DNA of 64,000 bases from NCBI GenBank assembly GCA_037379345.1, contig CM074518.1, positions 7,316,001 to 7,380,000 of the forward strand, given 5' to 3'. This document shows positions 1 through 12,420 of this stretch, one piece after another (position 1 is the stretch's first letter; each line of letters starts with the position of its first letter). The notes under the pieces were generated by a model that did not search any database, was not told the origin of the DNA, and saw only the letters and a program-made list of their open reading frames with translations. Made by a program: the position numbers and the translations under genes. The stretch is from Perna viridis (lineage: Eukaryota).

Positions 1-1697
1 TAAGAAAAATAATTTTATATTTTGAAACAATATATGGGATACAAAGGAACTTTCTGTTTTTCTCAAGATTTTTTGTCTCAAGTCAGGTGATTACTGCGTG
101 ATTGTTTCTCCCCATTTTCGTTAATTGTTTGTTTATAATACTATAATATATGCTGACATGAGCAATAAGAGGGTGATTCATCTATTTTGTTGAAGGTTAG
201 ATGTTACCCTTTTGATGTTTGCTTTATGATTGGGTCTTTAATCGATGACATAAATGAAATATAACAAATAAAGCATGCCAAACATGAGTAAAATTAGTCA
301 ACAAAGTTTGTTTGTCTACACACAGAAGACTATAAATGCTTTACATTCTTCCCACCAAGATTTTCAAGATTTTTTATAGATATGATTGCAAGACTAAGAA
401 TACTTGGTACCAAACAAGAAGCAAATGTATATTACAAGGACTCAAGTAAGTTTTTTTCAATTAAATTTGAAAAAGCTATTGGACCCATCATTAGTATTTA
501 AGTAGAGTATCAATCCAATACTTTAAGTAGTGACACAATTTGCACTTGAATGCAAAAAAAACTATCTTAACCCCAGTACAACAAATAATGTAAAACAAAC
601 TGAAAAACCATTTTCAAAAAAACATACAGTTTCTTTTTATATTTTTTCAAATATTAAAGAGTGAAAAATACATGAAAATATTAAAGCTTAATTTTTTATA
701 TAAGCGAAAATGTAGTATGTGTAGCAACCACGGAAGTTTGTCAGTGATGTTAATTTCTTGTAGTCTCTGGTGCATTTTTTTAAACTTTGAGCGCTATTAA
801 ATAACTTTTTCACACTTTTTATCGATTATTTAGTCTTTTATATGTCTTTTCGTATTGAATTGATCTGATCAACACAAAGTTGTTATAAAATTGAAAGTCC
901 AATAATTTATTTGAACATAGTAATGATTTTGGTGAAGACATGGTTACCATAAATAATAAACAAGTGTGGCAATCCAAATACTGCTTTTAAACTTTCTAAC
1001 TGCTGTATAATGTAAATAAATTCCATATACTTTTGTCAAAAAGTCACTTCACTTTATACAAATCCAAATATGGAATTCTTCTTACTCGGTACATACAATA
1101 TATTGGTACTAGATATCCGAAACTTAGACATACCTTCAAATAGTATGCTGATTTCATCTTAAGGTCAATGAAATTTTAAAACATATAATTAATAAAAATT
1201 AATCACACCTTTAAATATGTCTTGTGTTATATATAAGTTATGGTTTAGTTATATGTTATGTAAGCAATTATCTTTAAGTTGAAGGTCTTACAATGTTGTA
1301 AAAATAAAGTATGCATTTTTACATTAATTATCAGTACTTATTTGTGTTATTAATACACTACTAGAACATGGTCTATGGTTAAATTGTAGATGTTATTCTA
1401 GACTTTTTAAGGGCTAATTTTACATGTATGTAGTGATACATATTCAATTTTGTTTAGGTTGAAATGATAGTTTGGTTCATTAAATAAATGACATATATAT
1501 GTTTATTTTGAACATTCTTTTTTTCAATGACAAAGAGTAATCAAGAGAACCAAAGTGTATATTACCAGGATAACGACAGGGTCTTAACTCTTATATCCCT
1601 CATAATGTTGTTAACCAAACATACAAAGTTACACTTATAATTTATTGTCTTATGTTTATAGCAATACCCTTATTTGGTGTTTCTTTTTTCTTTCTTT

Positions 1698-1867
1698 NNN
1701 NNNNNNNNNNNNNNNNNNNNNNNNNNNNNNNNNNNNNNNNNNNNNNNNNNNNNNNNNNNNNNNNNNNNNNNNNNNNNNNNNNNNNNNNNNNNNNNNNNNN
1801 NNNNNNNNNNNNNNNNNNNNNNNNNNNNNNNNNNNNNNNNNNNNNNNNNNNNNNNNNNNNNNNNNNN
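1698..1867. other. Assembly gap (170 N)
   Basis: Run of N; ORFs overlapping it are artefacts. Confidence 0.99.
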
Positions 1868-2488
1868 TATAATGTTTAGCCATTGATGTCGTTTTCCGAA
1901 AAAATATTAAATGTAAACGCATCAACTGAGTAGATACCTTAGGTGCACTCGTCAAGGTCAATGTATCATCCAAAATAAGCATCACGTGAAACATCCCACA
2001 AACCATAACAAGCCTTGTTATTTGAATGATTTATCGTCTTGTGTTCATTATGATAAACATTCAATCAACATATAAAGTTTCCATCCTTTTCGAAAGAAAA
2101 AGGTGATACGGGTAACTTGGGACTTGATACTGCGTTTGGCCACCATTAAATAAGGATAATACTATTATGATGCAATTTTTACCTAAAATGATTGGAGTAA
2201 GCTTGGATGCATGCTATGTCAGATCGTTTTAATCACCCAGGACTTGAATAGAATATCTTTTAAGATTTATTTTCATGCTGTACAATAAAATTAGCTTAAC
2301 CTTAATTAACCTTTTAAATATAATTAAAGTTAATGGACGGATTACCAATCCCATTTTGGCTTTTTCCTTTTAATCCAAGAGGACCTTTTGATCTGTGATT
2401 GGGTGAATTCAATGTCAACTTCAAAATCAATCTAAACAAAATAAGAAAGTGTTTGCAAGAACGAGGAAATATAAATACAAAACACAAA

Positions 2489-2760
2489 TATAAGGTCGAA
2501 ACTTGTAAAGGATCAAACGTGATCTAAAAACTAACAAAAATATATGATCAAAATTGTATAAACTTGTATAGAATGAAATCTGAAGTAAAAACTTACAAAA
2601 AATAAGATAAAAACTTGTATAGAATAAAACCTGATGTACAAATTAACAAAAATATAATACTAAAACTTGTATAAACTTGTATAGAATCAACTCTGATGTT
2701 CAAACTAACATAAATATAAGATCAAAATTTGTAAAGAATCAAATGTAATGTTCAAACTTA
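2489..2760. repeat. Degenerate tandem repeat, ~51-bp unit, ~5 copies
   Basis: Recurring aacttgtatagaatcaaa..tgatgt.caaactaacaaaaatataagatcaa; some units carry an extra aacttgtata. Confidence 0.8.
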
Positions 2761-5746
2761 GTTATGTTTGACTTAATAAACCAATCCATTTTACTTAATT
2801 ATATTTTACTTATCTAATTGACAATTTATTAATAAATGCTTTGCTCATTTTAATATGTTTTTTGGTTTTTATGTTCCCTAAAAACCCAAGACGTTGGCAT
2901 ATTTTCTTTGAACTAAATTTTTGATAAATTTACTTAGCACGCAGAGAAAAATTCAACATATAACGAGACTATGTCAAGGAGACATCATATGATACGATGC
3001 AGATACGTGCGCATGTTTTTTTATAATATGTTGTAAAAGAAATGACAACATGTTATATACATGTTATAATCTCATGTGTATGATGTATAGCGCTGACTAG
3101 TGAATAAATATAAATGTATGGGTTTATACTTTTTTTAGTGTTGCCTTTGGGTGTACATCTGCTTTTTTCTAACTCCTTTGCTGCAAAGAATCATATGAAA
3201 ATGCAACTTAATTAAATGTTATCATGAAAAACAAAAGACAGACTTATATTTGTATTCAAATGATGATACCTCTCCTTGCAAAAAAATGGTTAAAACTTGA
3301 ACATCTAAAAGAAAACATGGTTTTCTATATTAGAATGTGCATTACTGAATAACATTTAGTCCTAAAACGGTAAAAGTCTGTTTACTTTCCCCGCTTATGA
3401 TTTATTGAAATTTTCTAAGATATGATGTATTACCCTTTTTGCACTGTTAATCTATTTTGTATTTTATTCTTGATTTCGAACTATTTTTACGCAAAAATGT
3501 ACATTACATGAGAAACATATTCTGTTTGATTCATTTTTTTTCTTCTTTTTTTATGACCAACGATAATTCAACCTTGATATTTTGAGTATTACTGTGCTAT
3601 TATTGAATGTAGGTGTAAAGTATTTCAGCTATGTTCTTACCGAATTAACCTAATATTGTAAACATACAACACATATGTTGGACATTTTGCATTTTGTATT
3701 CCTTTTTAATGAGGTGGTCATATTTAGTCTTTGATAGTTATGCATATTTTTTTCTATCAGTTCATGTTAGAACATATAATACTTACAGTGGATCATTTAT
3801 ATCGGATTTATACACTTATAAGATTGCTTTTTTTTTCAGTAAGATGATCCTAGTTCCTCCTGTGAACGTGTTGATGGCTGCTACAACCTTCATGGCTATT
3901 AAAATAATCTGTATTATAGAACAGATTTCTTTTGTTTACCTTGATGACTTTCATTGAGACGTGATGGGGATCTTTCAAATCTATATGCATATTCTAGGTT
4001 ACATACATATATAAAGCGTCGCGGAATAATAAGATGAAATTATAACATACTTTTGGCATTTTGAAACACACATGGGTCCAAAAGAAATTTATTAATGCTG
4101 ATGTGTCAATGCAGGAAGGATCTGCTGTCGAATATTCAATCTAGGGATCCATAGACAAAAGACAGCAAAGAACACGAAAATAATCAGTCGAAGAAAATGT
4201 CGAAGTGAACACCACTAAAAAGACCTCCACAACATTTTGTGGAGGTATTTTTTAGATTCTTCATAAAGGTGTAACAAACAGTTTAAAAGACCTAAATAAG
4301 TCATTCCAAATCCAATATCAAAGTCAGTATATACAAATAGTGATGGCTGCTATCAGGTTGCATAATATTGGGTACATTGTTGCATGATTTAACTGCTTTG
4401 ATGGCATTTCCAAATGCTTCAGCATGAGCTAAAAGTTTTGTACTCTTAAACCTTGAAATTGGAACGAACCAATCATCAAACAGTCATGTTTACATTTATT
4501 ACATGAATAACTACAGTGATTAGCGAAAAACATAGTTTCACACAAGCGGACTGACCCTAACAGATTTTTGATATTATCAAACAATTCAGGTCATTTGCTT
4601 GACTTCTAATTTCGATAGCTATTCATATAAACTAATACTGGAAAATGATCAAAGTTACTTGTTATTAAAACATTCAAATAAAACAGTTTAAAGTGACTGT
4701 AACAAAAACATGTTGCAGATTCCAGTGACACATATAGATGACCTACTGACATACATTGATACGTAAAGGAACACAATCAATCTCCACTCAACCACACAAA
4801 TAAGTTAGAGATGAAATTTGGAACTATATCACGCTATTGGTCAAAATGAAAGGTTGAATGATCTGACAAAACCTTGTCTATATGTTCCATATAGTACATG
4901 GTATATATCGGCAATAGATATGATGTATAACTCCTTATATGGTCACTAGAAGATAATATGTTTATTTTCATAGACAAGGTATTCACATTCATCACATAAT
5001 TGAATTTTAAGATTTAACGACGATATCGTACGAAATCAAACTGGTTCAACAACGGCTTTGAGATAAACGTTAACAAAATAACTATAACATCCATTATGAA
5101 TTAAAATGCAAACCACTATAAGAACGATACCATAAACATGTTTGACGATAACCATGTAAACAATATATCATCAAATGACCTCCATTAAACCTATGACATA
5201 TAAACAATAAAATTGTGATGAAAAATTAAAATAGACATTGCTTATCGACAGAATCATAAAAAATGAATACACTGCATCGGTAAGACAAGCAATTGAAGAC
5301 GTAAAAGATCTTGTTCATTCCCTTCAAGGGAGATAATCCTTGTTTTGTCAAAGGCACAAACCTAAGATGTGCAACTATATACATGGGAAAGGTAGTATTC
5401 AAACCTAGAGCGTCATGAACAATACAGAAAATTCAAGTGTAACTCTATTGTTTTTAACTTTACAAGAGCAATAACTTCATTGCATCCTCAATCTGTACAA
5501 TTGAAGTTATAACAATTAATCTATATGTATTGAAATTGAATAAATGAACAAGAAGGCTATTACCTTGGAAAGCAATGTCCCTAATGTGAGAGAGCCTATA
5601 TTCAATCTAGAATAGGGATATCACAACGTTTTCAAACGATTCTCTTTTTGAGATTATTGGTGGTAAATTTTTGATCTGATAAAACAATGGTAAATTGTAA
5701 TATAATAATGGTAAAATATTTGTTTCCAATTACAATAAATTCTGTT

Positions 5747-7105
5747 GAGCCAAAGTCTTATCTAAACATTTTGGCGCTGTTCATCATCAGGTTTTGCGTC
5801 TTGTCTCGATGTCTTTAGAACCTCTCCTATTTAGAGCCTTCATGCTGAGGCAAATCATTGGAAACAGTCGTTGGAAGTAGGTCTTCAATTTGTAAATAAA
5901 CTTATGGCCTACCCTGAAAACCCTGACCCAATACAGTGAAGCCTGTTGTGGTTTCGTAATGTCCTCCATGGGAGCTTCTACACTCTTGTTTAATTTTCGA
6001 TTTGCGTTCGTATAAAAAATATGATACTAATCCTTTACTCTTATACTCTTACACCAAAAACTTTCTGAACTTAATGCTAATTATCCAGGTTTTTCAACAG
6101 TGCATACGGATGGCAATAGCGTTGCTTGTGTTACTGTCAATGGTGACAAAATTGTAACTACACGGTTGTAATCAAACGCTTCTATCTTTACATCTGAAGT
6201 TAAAACTATCCTTTAGTCCTTAAATTGATTACTTATTCTCATTTCTCACAGTTTATAATTTTCAAGCTGTCTTTTGGCAATAAAATCACAAATCGAAAAC
6301 ACTTATTTTATAAATACTTTGTTTTATTCATCGACTTAAGGAAATGACTAAGAAATTGTTTTCTTCTGGGTACTCAGTAATGTGGGTATTCAGGGGAATT
6401 CAGTTGTAGACAGGGTTACCAAAAAGGTATTGACTGAAATAATTAAGGACGTAGATTTATCATACACTGATTTTAAAACTTGTATAAGGAAATATATTTT
6501 GAAGACACGAACAATGAAATGGTGTTGAACACAACAAGCTCTGTTCTATAAAACTCTATCTAGGCATTCATAAATCTGCATCCAGCAATCGCAGAGAGAA
6601 AGTGATCATAACTAGATGTCGCATAGGACATTCTATAGATCTACATATGACCATTTGCTTGTTGATGATCCTATACCTGAGTGCATCCCATTTGGTTATC
6701 CCTTTTCCATTAAACAGGTTCATCTAGATTGTGTAGATTTTTTCAACATCAGGCAAAATTATTTTGACTGCGACAAAATATTTGATTTGTTCTAGACCGT
6801 TCCATTAAAAACTTTGTTGGTATCTTGCAAGACATCAATTTATTTAATAAAATCTAATTTTTTATCCTTTTTTTATTTTCCAATATTTTGAAGCTTTATA
6901 TCGAAGTGACGTTTTTATGTTGACTGTTTTATCTCATAAATTTACCTTTTACGTGACCTATTATATGTACATAGCTTTTTGTTTTATTTGTATTCTTTTA
7001 TAAAGAGTATTCGATTTCATTTTTAATGTTTTCAGATTGTTAGATGCTCTTGTCGTGATATGTCCCTGGTTGCCGAAACGGCATTAAAAACAACAATCAA
7101 TCAAT
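5747..7105 (+). mobile_element. 5'-truncated, decayed non-LTR retrotransposon with RNase H domain (I-group, Nimb-like)
   Basis: Frameshifted translation gives VHHQVLRL..FRTSPI*SLHAEAN (~5775-5855), RNase H HTDG (6103-6114), ASIFTSEV, FFWVLSNVGIQGN (6361-6399), YTDFK and IITRCRIGH. It ends in a tgccg-aaa-cggca stem-loop (7071-7083) and a (CAAT)n tail, and is flanked by a 13/14 direct repeat. Confidence 0.85.
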
Positions 7106-9382
7106 CAATAAACTCTGTTTAAACTCATTGTAAAGTCTAATTTTAACTGATATATAGTAAATTCGTGTATTGCAGAGGTCTTAAACAAGGGGATATCGAA
7201 TCCCTAATGAAACTAAAATAATTAAAACTTGTAAACACGTACATTATAACAAAAATTAATATTGTGCTTAAAGAGGTAAAAGGCTAATAATTTTCACGCA
7301 ATTTTTATCGAACCCTTTTCTGTCCAACTAGGCTAATCTTACATTTAATTCATCAAAAATAACATCACAATTAGTATGAACAACTGCAGTTATCGATACA
7401 TTTGTGAGTGACATCTTTTATGTCATTAAAGGTCTGTTGGCACTGTATGTTTGCACTTAAAAACATCCCACAATTGATGTTCAAGTGCCACTTAATCGCC
7501 AGAAGCTCGGTATATCCCGTTCATCTAGGTCAATCGAAGCAGAGCGAAAACTCGAAACATCAAAGACCGGTATTAGCACCAGTAAAGACAAACTGGTCTT
7601 TTGGTGGCGGAGTTTTGAGTCATCTGCATCTAAAACAGACGATATTAACCTTCATCAGAAGAAATTTACCATCGGTGTAGGGCTGATTACACTCACGAAA
7701 TTCAATTGCATGAAATTGTGAAAAATTAGCTTTACATCTTGTAGAAGCCGGGAGAGAAATTTTCCGCTTGGTAAGGAACGATTTAATTTCGGTATCTTGC
7801 CCAATAAGACGTGAAATTTGGGATGTAATGAAAACTCATTGATACTGTGCGACATCACATCCGCACGTCTTCAGTGCGCTTCAATGCTTATTTCATCTTC
7901 AGGCTCACAGATAAATTTTCTCCAGGCAATTATTTCGTATTTGTAAAATTTCCAAATTATTCCACAAAAGGTTAAGACTGCTACGTTTCATGACCATTCA
8001 TCTTTTAATAGGGTTGCTTAACGTGACGTTGTATACAAAGAAACTATCTCCTCTGGTCATTTGAGTGTTTTTCATATTAAGAGATCATTCTCTTGAGTAA
8101 AGATCATTTAAACCGCGATTAATCAATACAAGTTTTAATCGTCGGGTGTTTTTGTCTAATATCTTTTCTTCTTTTAATAAAGAGTGCTGAACTTTGGTGC
8201 CATGTAAATCATTTTTACTGTCAATTTACAACTTTTAGAGTATCTTGGCACATGAAATTAACATTGGTAATAGGTATCTATGACACTACTTTACAGCAAT
8301 TTTAGCAGAATTTCGATCTTGTAGCAGTGTTGGAATCGCTTCTCAAGTAGCCGTAAATCTTTATTTCAATTGTGTGGAAATTTGTTTTCTTAGGCGAACA
8401 ACATTAACCATCATAAAACAAATAAATGGCTACATAACTATGGAAATTTATTACATTCTGCCGACTTTGGTGCCCAGGAAATGAATATGTTTGGGTGCTC
8501 TGATGACATTTTATGCAATTTATTTTACTAATTTGTGAACGTAATTGAAAACTTGTAATTAGGTTGACAACAATCAGAGAAATAAATAGTTTCTCATTAA
8601 AACAATAATAGACAAATAAGGACCAAGTCCGAACTGTTCTCCTTAATGGCAACCTTGTAATTATTTCTCCACGAGTCGATCTCGTTTGAGCATTTTCAAG
8701 CCTACTTAAAGTTTTGAGTGGTCCATGGGAGTACAAGATAAAGCAGATGTGTCTGGTCGATGCTGTTGTAAAGCATATTATGATTTTTCGAACCTTAGAA
8801 TGTCACCATCGGGGCAGAAAATTGCTGATGTTATTAAAAATGACGTGAATGTAAATTATTTTTGCCTGGATTTTGTTTTCGAAAACTTTATTCATGGAAA
8901 TAGATTTGAATATAAAATTAGGAAATAAATGAAATCAGTTCTAGCTATGTCAAAGTAATGTTGGATCCTTCTGTAATACTAAACATTTACTGTAAAGTCG
9001 CGAGTATGATTTGTCATGTTTGGGTGGAGCTTTGTTGCTTTGTTGAATTCAGACCTAATAAAATTCATTTAGGGTACAACACTATCATAGAAAAGTTAAT
9101 TTCCGTTTTAAGATTTTTTTTAATTTCTTGATTTACCGAACAATGAAACCACGAAAATAAGTTCCCTGCGACCTCAGATATATTACGATAGTTTTATACA
9201 TAAAAATTATTCAAGGGTTTAATTCATGATAACTCACTTCTTTAAGGAAAATAATTTATTTTAAATGTTATGATATTTATGTTTTTTTAAATTCTCATTT
9301 CTCATGAAACAATGAAGATTAATCAACCAAATTCTTTAGCACTGTTTATAAATTTATAAACACAACTGAATACGATGCATAT

Positions 9383-9385
<3 letters not shown>

Positions 9386-9418
<33 letters not shown>
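9386..9418. repeat. (CA)n microsatellite, ~16 units
   Basis: Direct reading. Confidence 0.97.
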
Positions 9419-9423
<5 letters not shown>

Positions 9424-10892
9424 TATCTACATTTATATCTATATCTATATGCCTCTATATATATAAATAGGGCCTCTATTACTAAGCTCCGGATCTAAAA
9501 ACATTTGGCAATGCTTTGAAGCCAAGCAATATAATGTGGACGTCAAACATCATATTAGTAAAACAGATATTGCTTAAAGCTTAACGTTGAGATATATCTA
9601 GTAATGAACTTATTTTATACATGGATTCTATAATTTATTCTCATCTAAAAACATCAAATATTGAATAAAACATTGACTTGCCATCTGTTTAATGGATCCT
9701 GCAGATCAGAGGTACACATTTGAACTTTTCATTTTGAATAACCGGCATAGTATTTTTGCAATTTGATCAAACAATTCATTTACATTTTCATTAAATCGCT
9801 AAGGAAATAGTTGTTATTGCCTTTCTGTGTTCTACATTATATATTCTTTTCATTGACGATTAGACAAAAACATAGGCACTACCCACCACAATTGAAATCG
9901 GTTTACCATAAATGGAGATTTCCCTACAGAAATCAAATGCAAAATTCACAACAAAGTCTACAAAATTACCTGTAATTAATTCCTGAAAATGAAAATAATG
10001 ACAGTTGAGACAACGCTTGTGGGTTATACACCTTTTAATGAATTGTAGAAGTTCGGTGGAGATAGATTATTGTCGCGTTTTTTTTTTAGATTGAATATCT
10101 TTTTTTCGGCCCACATGGGTCTGGTTAATGTCAGACATTTTTGCTGTATTGAATATGGTGCGTCAATTTCACAGATTGTTTTCGCTGTTTAATTTTTATT
10201 GCTACTTTTTTATCAATGAAGTGATAAAAACAGAATGTTAATAGAACTTTACCTATTGTCAATTGTTTGTCATTTTATGCACCTTTTTATCCAGGTGAAA
10301 GAAACACTTAAAATTGTAAAGCTTATTATTGATAAACCCTCGGCAAACAAGTTATTTGCAGTTATGTATCATCAAAATTATTATCCTATCAATATTCCTA
10401 TTCTTTTCGCTACTAGTTGGTTAAATATACTGTCTATATCTTAATTACGTTCATGTGTTCAAAAAATATTTGTATTTATCTATATGTTCTGTATGCGAAA
10501 GCATCACTAATTTGCTTGGTTCCCTTGATTACTCTAATAAACAATCGAGCTTGAATTACTGAGATCAAAGCTCCTCACTTAAGTAATTGTTCTTCTGTCG
10601 CATTTTGGGGGAGAAAACAGTAGCATAATGCACAGAATATCAGGTATATTTAATGACTGACTATAGAGAAGATAGTGTTGGATTGTGAAAGACAAGGATG
10701 TTGGATCTGACAGGATTTATTGAACACATTAGACTGTTTTATAATGTTTATTCATGTAGATTTCAAAATTTCAAATTCTGAGCGTTTTGAAAGCGGCATA
10801 CGAAAAAACATCAATAATGTTTTTTTTTCCATTTTCTTCCATGTTTAATAAAACAAATTACTTAATTCTCCAAAGGTGTGAAAAAAAACAAA

Positions 10893-11700
10893 GTCACCCT
10901 CCTCCGATATGTTACAGTAGTGACTCTCCTCCGATATATTATAGTAGAGACCCTCCTCTGATATGTTATAGTAGAGACCCTCCTCGGAAATGTTATAGAG
11001 AGACCCTTCTCCGATTTGTTTTAGTAGTGACTCTCCTCCAATGTATTAAAGTAGTGACCCTTCTCCGAAATATTATAGCAGTGACCCTCCTCCGATATGT
11101 TACAGTAGTGACCCTCCTCCGATATATTAAAGTAGTGATCCTCCTCCGATATGATATAGGAGAAACCCTCTTCAGATATGTTACAGTAGTGATCGTCCTC
11201 CGATATGTTACAGCAGTGACCCTCCTCCAATATATTATAGAGAGCCTCCCCTCCGATATGTTAAGTAGAGATCCTCTCCCGATATGTTATAGTAGTGACT
11301 CTCCTCCGATGTATTATAGTAGAGATCCTCCACCGATATGTTACAGTAGTGATCGTCCTCCGATATATTACAGTAGTGACCCTCCTCCTATATATTATAT
11401 TAGTGATCCTCCTCTGATATGTTACAGTAGTGACCCTCCTCCGATATGTTAAAGTAGTGACTTTCCTCCGATATATTATAATAGTGACACTCCCCGATAT
11501 GTTATAGTAGTGACTCTTCTCCGATATATTATAGTGCAGACCCTCTTCCGGTATATAAAAGTAGTGACCCTCCTCCGATAAGATATAGGAGAGACCCTCT
11601 TCAGATATTTTACAGTAGTGATCGTCCTCCGATATATTATAGTAGAGACCCTCCTCCGATATGTTATAGTAGAGACCCTCCTCCGATATGTTATAGTAGT
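10893..11700. repeat. 27-bp minisatellite, ~30 copies
   Basis: Consensus gtgaccctcctccgatatgttacagta; the 9-aa periodicity (SSDPPPICY) of overlapping ORFs confirms the 27-nt unit. Confidence 0.95.
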
Positions 11701-12229
11701 TCACATCTCTTTGATATGAAAACGAGAGAGAAAAATGTCTGCAGTAATTTTGTTGAAAGTTTTATTTGTTACAACAGTTTTCTGTTTTGATAGCTTTCTT
11801 ATTGTCAGTTCAGTGTTATTCTACTATGACAAGCACTTAGTGATATGAAAACTGCATACACGAGAGCCGATGGTATGTTTCAGCAAATAAATGGAAAATT
11901 AACGATAAAATCTTCACAGTCGACGTGGAATTAAGTCCCTCGTTTTTCCTCTCGCGTCGATTTTCAGGCCAGGACACGACTAAGACAGACTTAGGCGGCA
12001 TTGTTTACGACTTTCAAGAGACATGTCGTTGAGAAGAGAGGCAATTTTCCGTCGCTTGAATACCTGTTGTTTGTTGCCAACACATTGGTCGAATATTCAG
12101 ACGTCTTGCAACCATCTTCGGCGTGTTTAGAAATTGACCAAATGTCGTATCTTATGGGTATTCTCTTCTTTATTTTAGCTGAACATATTGCATTGTAGTA
12201 GATAAATCAAAAATAAAATAAAATTACAG

Positions 12230-12420
12230 CTAATTCTGGCATTCTTGTGATCCTGAAATTCCTTGTAATCCTGAAATTCTTGTAATCATGGCATTCTTGT
12301 AACCCTAACATTTTTTCCTGGTCTTCTTGTAATCCTGACATTGTTGTTATCCTGACATTCTTAAAATTCTGACATAATTGTAATTCTGACATTCTTGTAA
12401 TCTTGACGCCTTATTGTTAT
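12230..12420. repeat. 17-bp satellite, left part
   Basis: Units of attcttgtaatcctgac with variants. Confidence 0.88.

Noticed and set aside
1645-2006. ORFs spanning the N run
   Set aside because: Artefacts of the assembly gap.
7400-8000. GC-elevated stretch with short ORFs and one LRR-like phrase (NNLEILQIRNNCL, minus strand)
   Set aside because: A single motif followed by stops, no splice framework and no family I recognise; a TBLASTX search would be needed.
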